From Owenia fusiformis (taxonomy: Eukaryota), in the NCBI GenBank assembly GCA_903813345.2, contig CAIIXF020000001.1:12958001-13022000 (forward strand): a DNA stretch of 64,000 nucleotides, read 5' to 3'. Shown here piece after piece: positions 63,201 to 64,000 of this stretch (positions are counted from its first letter, which is position 1; every line of letters starts with the position of its first letter). The notes beneath the pieces were generated by a model. The model was not told where the DNA came from. It was given only the letters and a program-made list of their open reading frames with translations, and made no database searches. The translations under genes and the position numbers were made by a program.

Positions 63201-63985
63201 CATTTCTGCGGTCCCCGTAGGAATTAACAGACCGTTACCAGACCGCACAACGGTCCCATGGTGGACGTACTCCGGGGTTACGTTGACTTGCGTCTGCCGT
63301 AGTGTTTTGATGAGTAATGCACCTTTGGAAATTGTTTAAAAAAGTTTAAGTTACTATTGGTCAATGTATCACTTAACACTTTTTATTTGATATAACATTC
63401 ATAAATTGAACTGATTTGAATTAGATAAAAATAAAAAGGTACGTTATCACCAGAAATTCTAAATTCGCCGTGCGGCTGCCGTAGGAAATGTGACTGCAAA
63501 AGTCTCCGACCGCAGAAATTCTATGGCGAGCGTAGAAATGTTACTGACCGCAGAAATGGTAGACTGTGCGGTCGTCGTAGGAAATGTGACTGGGGTGTTA
63601 CGTGAATTCTTTGTTTGCCAGGCGGAGTTTTTTTACAGTTTTTGGCTAACAAATCATGCGGAAAGAGCTCAAAATTGTGAAAAACTGCATGATTTTAAAA
63701 TAATGTCTGGACGGGGGAGGAGGGGGGGGGGACTTTCGTCCCCCCTTTGGCTATAGTTACGCGCCTGGTATGTGCATCATACACAAATGTGTCACCTGGT
63801 CTTGGTGTGGTTGTCGTAGTTGTTGTTGTGGTGGTTTTCGGTTTCAGTGGATGGACTCGTTGAGCGAATTGTCCCCTGTAGTTGCCAGGCGGCGAGTATT
63901 GGCAGCAGACCGTATAGGAGAACCACATTCCATGTTTTCCCTCAGCTATACCACAGCCAAGAAATTCAGAGTTATCCCAAACAAG
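39294..63985 (-). CDS. Gene C: third paralog, 5'-partial (exons 1-3 outside window). Exons 63985-63796, 62456-62268, 46803-46735, 40284-40090, 39950-39782, 39519-39294
   Basis: All six visible exons are open, GT-AG and in the same phases as A/B: LVWDNSEFLGCG..VCCQYSPPGN..T10PRP; SDHVPSDPMNG..CDGSLRFCDPVG; HKDENACVRKGTGNTCDKQLGC; FRCPQLKSPEHG..WSGDSAPSC; KIGQDAFMEV; ..CDIECVEM*. Introns 5 and 6 are expanded to ~15.5 and ~6.5 kb. Confidence 0.85.
40383..40454. mobile_element. 72-bp mini element with 9-bp TSD
   Basis: CGTGATTGG|TACCCTGC...GCAAAGGGTA|CGTGATTGG. Confidence 0.85.
40644..40783. mobile_element. PIF/Harbinger-like MITE
   Basis: TTA|TGCCTTGGTCACATTTGCTC...GAGCAAATGTGACCAAGGCA|TTA. 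Confidence 0.85.
42159..42691. mobile_element. Truncated Tc1/mariner-type MITE inserted in the left arm of the foldback element
   Basis: Begins TA|CAGGGTGTCCAAAAAA, internally palindromic, absent from the corresponding position of the right arm. Confidence 0.7.
43920..44440 (+). pseudogene. Degenerate coding remnant, probable transposase fragment
   Basis: Interrupted frames: RIQSLEEDKICDMLLKFGMVSEDPLLNLQSICTKDVLTETI / GQQQLDVFVS*RL / KVVKADRNVLQNLITAYEANHRPVGINEIMKHELMSFPIALS; lies centrally between long TIRs. Family resemblance is from memory, not a search. Confidence 0.55.
47200..48500. mobile_element. Inverted-repeat element (approximate ends)
   Basis: CATAGTACCCCACACACAATTTTGTCGCCTACTTTGATG (~47288) is inverted at ~48357-48395. 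Confidence 0.6.
48710..48878. mobile_element. ~170-bp MITE, inverted copy of 21245-21414
   Basis: GGTGTAAAAG...CTTTTACACC; body is the reverse complement of the 21245 copy. Confidence 0.75.
48927..49593. mobile_element. Inverted-repeat element enclosing a palindromic insert (~49335-49500)
   Basis: CTTGTATTCGCGAATGCAA / TTGCATTCGCGAATACAAG termini; inner palindrome centred on CCTCGGCCTGCAGCCTCGGG. Confidence 0.6.
50533..52712 (+). repeat. 5' LTR (2180 bp)
   Basis: TGTGGGAA...GCGCGACA; direct repeat of 55313-57492 at offset 4780. Confidence 0.97.
52714..52731 (+). promoter_or_regulatory. Primer-binding site complementary to the tRNA-Leu(AAG/TAG) 3' end
   Basis: TGGTGGCAGCGGTGGGAT one base after the LTR is the reverse complement of ...ATCCCACCGCTGCCA-CCA. 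Confidence 0.85.
52747..53391 (+). CDS. Upstream ORF of the LTR element (214 aa), probable N-terminal/coiled-coil part of Gag
   Basis: ATG just after the PBS; acidic then heptad-like segment; overlaps the gag ORF, which lies in the -1 frame. Confidence 0.55.
   Translation: MSEMSQKCERSPETMEQEGSRRDDVRTGGIVRLVPKMGLKHLETPQRDRCPEEHSGSEGTSLPRDEEKLFPSEEESLGVPLMTVDDTLPEDLDDRARATLVRGEPRVISPDMTMKILPDVEKEDTGYHAESRLRRDVPASALRRDHWARGKREFDSTKSRLMSLEGSLGTLRVDVLKMRDCLLSRQRSSSQRKRWKCVEKPWTQYSREEKLKSR
53286..55088 (+). CDS. gag: Gag (capsid, two CCHC zinc knuckles) - aspartic protease polyprotein with basic tail
   Basis: FDGKTPWLDYKAHF capsid start; CRRCGEEGHIVRRC and CFNCSERGHLSIDC; protease LVDTGS and GILGTD. 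True start uncertain (track start is TTG). Confidence 0.92.
   Translation: MFTEQATVKLAEKAMEMCGKALDSVQQGRKTKIKITQLFDGKTPWLDYKAHFQNCVESNQWTDEEKRQNLTNQLRGDAQQLVQELEEGHTYDELKEALTKRFGPGEKASLYEAQLNTRVRQSKESLQSLGQSIRRLASLAYPEMSRSSQDRLARRSFEKAITDDDVRAAVHRRAPKSLDEAIEEAQKEEAYQESERIRRGLKPKQLDPHISIVTSDPVEEKLLKMMEDMKTEMMKEMDEALKLFKEQRELRAPRSIICRRCGEEGHIVRRCPLVTCFNCSERGHLSIDCPKSKKSRDARGVHPVCCIDVRDQAVVDPKRVESARKIEAVVELCGAPVKCLVDTGSVVSLMSLDSFNRINYRKRPKLKPAKDVLVQANGSPIAIYGTCSVELKRDGRKTPLEMVVAEISLDGILGTDYLLASKAEIHYGSLQMRSREERSKEPRTFVTPFQNRRKRRRRKQKKEDPTNDEAGDTMRLRKRSKVDSPEVKSWDASKRPDVPTILTEGRSSSGARRSCVSELKGEASLPFTSRANKSKGSSKEQSEESLPCRARPRHQRRQPAFVVRDKMNWREMDSSLTFEHAEAGRTEEPRSFIPVVQEEQ
55301..55312 (+). promoter_or_regulatory. 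Polypurine tract
   Basis: AGTAGGGGGGAG immediately before the 3' LTR. Confidence 0.9.
55313..57492 (+). repeat. 3' LTR (2180 bp)
   Basis: Near-identical to the 5' LTR; four substitutions found by eye. Confidence 0.97.
57839..58168 (+). repeat. Tandem duplication, 2 x ~170 bp
   Basis: GGGACAAATGAACTCTTCTA...GCAACAGGTTCAGTGGC at 57839 and 58009. Confidence 0.9.
58640..59400. mobile_element. Degenerate inverted-repeat element (approximate ends)
   Basis: CTATCAACCGCTTCAAAAT versus ATTTTGAAGCGGGTGATAG; GTCAAAATCTCTGAA versus TTCAGAGATTTTGAC. Confidence 0.55.
62824..63597. mobile_element. PIF/Harbinger-like MITE in gene C intron 4
   Basis: TAA|CACCACAGTCACATTT...AAATGTGACTGGGGTG|TTA, with CG-rich TACGG/CCGTA subterminal motifs. 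Confidence 0.7.
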
Positions 63986-64000
63986 CTATAAATTAAGTCA

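Overview
AT-rich, intron-containing animal DNA (probably a marine invertebrate; species not identifiable from sequence alone), not prokaryotic, so most ORF-track entries are spurious or exon fragments. Host genes: (1) a two-exon GT31/beta-1,3-galactosyltransferase-family gene on + (8428-9996) whose DxD motif is degenerate; (2) a tandem array of three paralogous genes on the - strand (A 15749-21938 and B 31500-38281, each 9 exons; C 39294->63985, exons 4-9 only, 5' end beyond the window). Each encodes a predicted secreted protein (477 aa for A and B): signal peptide, CAP/SCP domain, poly-Thr linker, non-canonical 10-Cys sushi-like module, canonical sushi/CCP domain, and an unrecognised ~130-aa beta-rich C-terminal domain. 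I reconstructed all exons by hand with GT/AG sites and consistent phases. The rest is densely and often nestedly packed with transposons: a very young 6.96-kb Gypsy-type LTR element encoding only Gag and protease (50533-57492), two related foldback-like elements, a CACTA/CMC-like element, tRNA-containing mini solo LTRs, a Helentron/DINE-like element, and many MITEs with readable TSDs.
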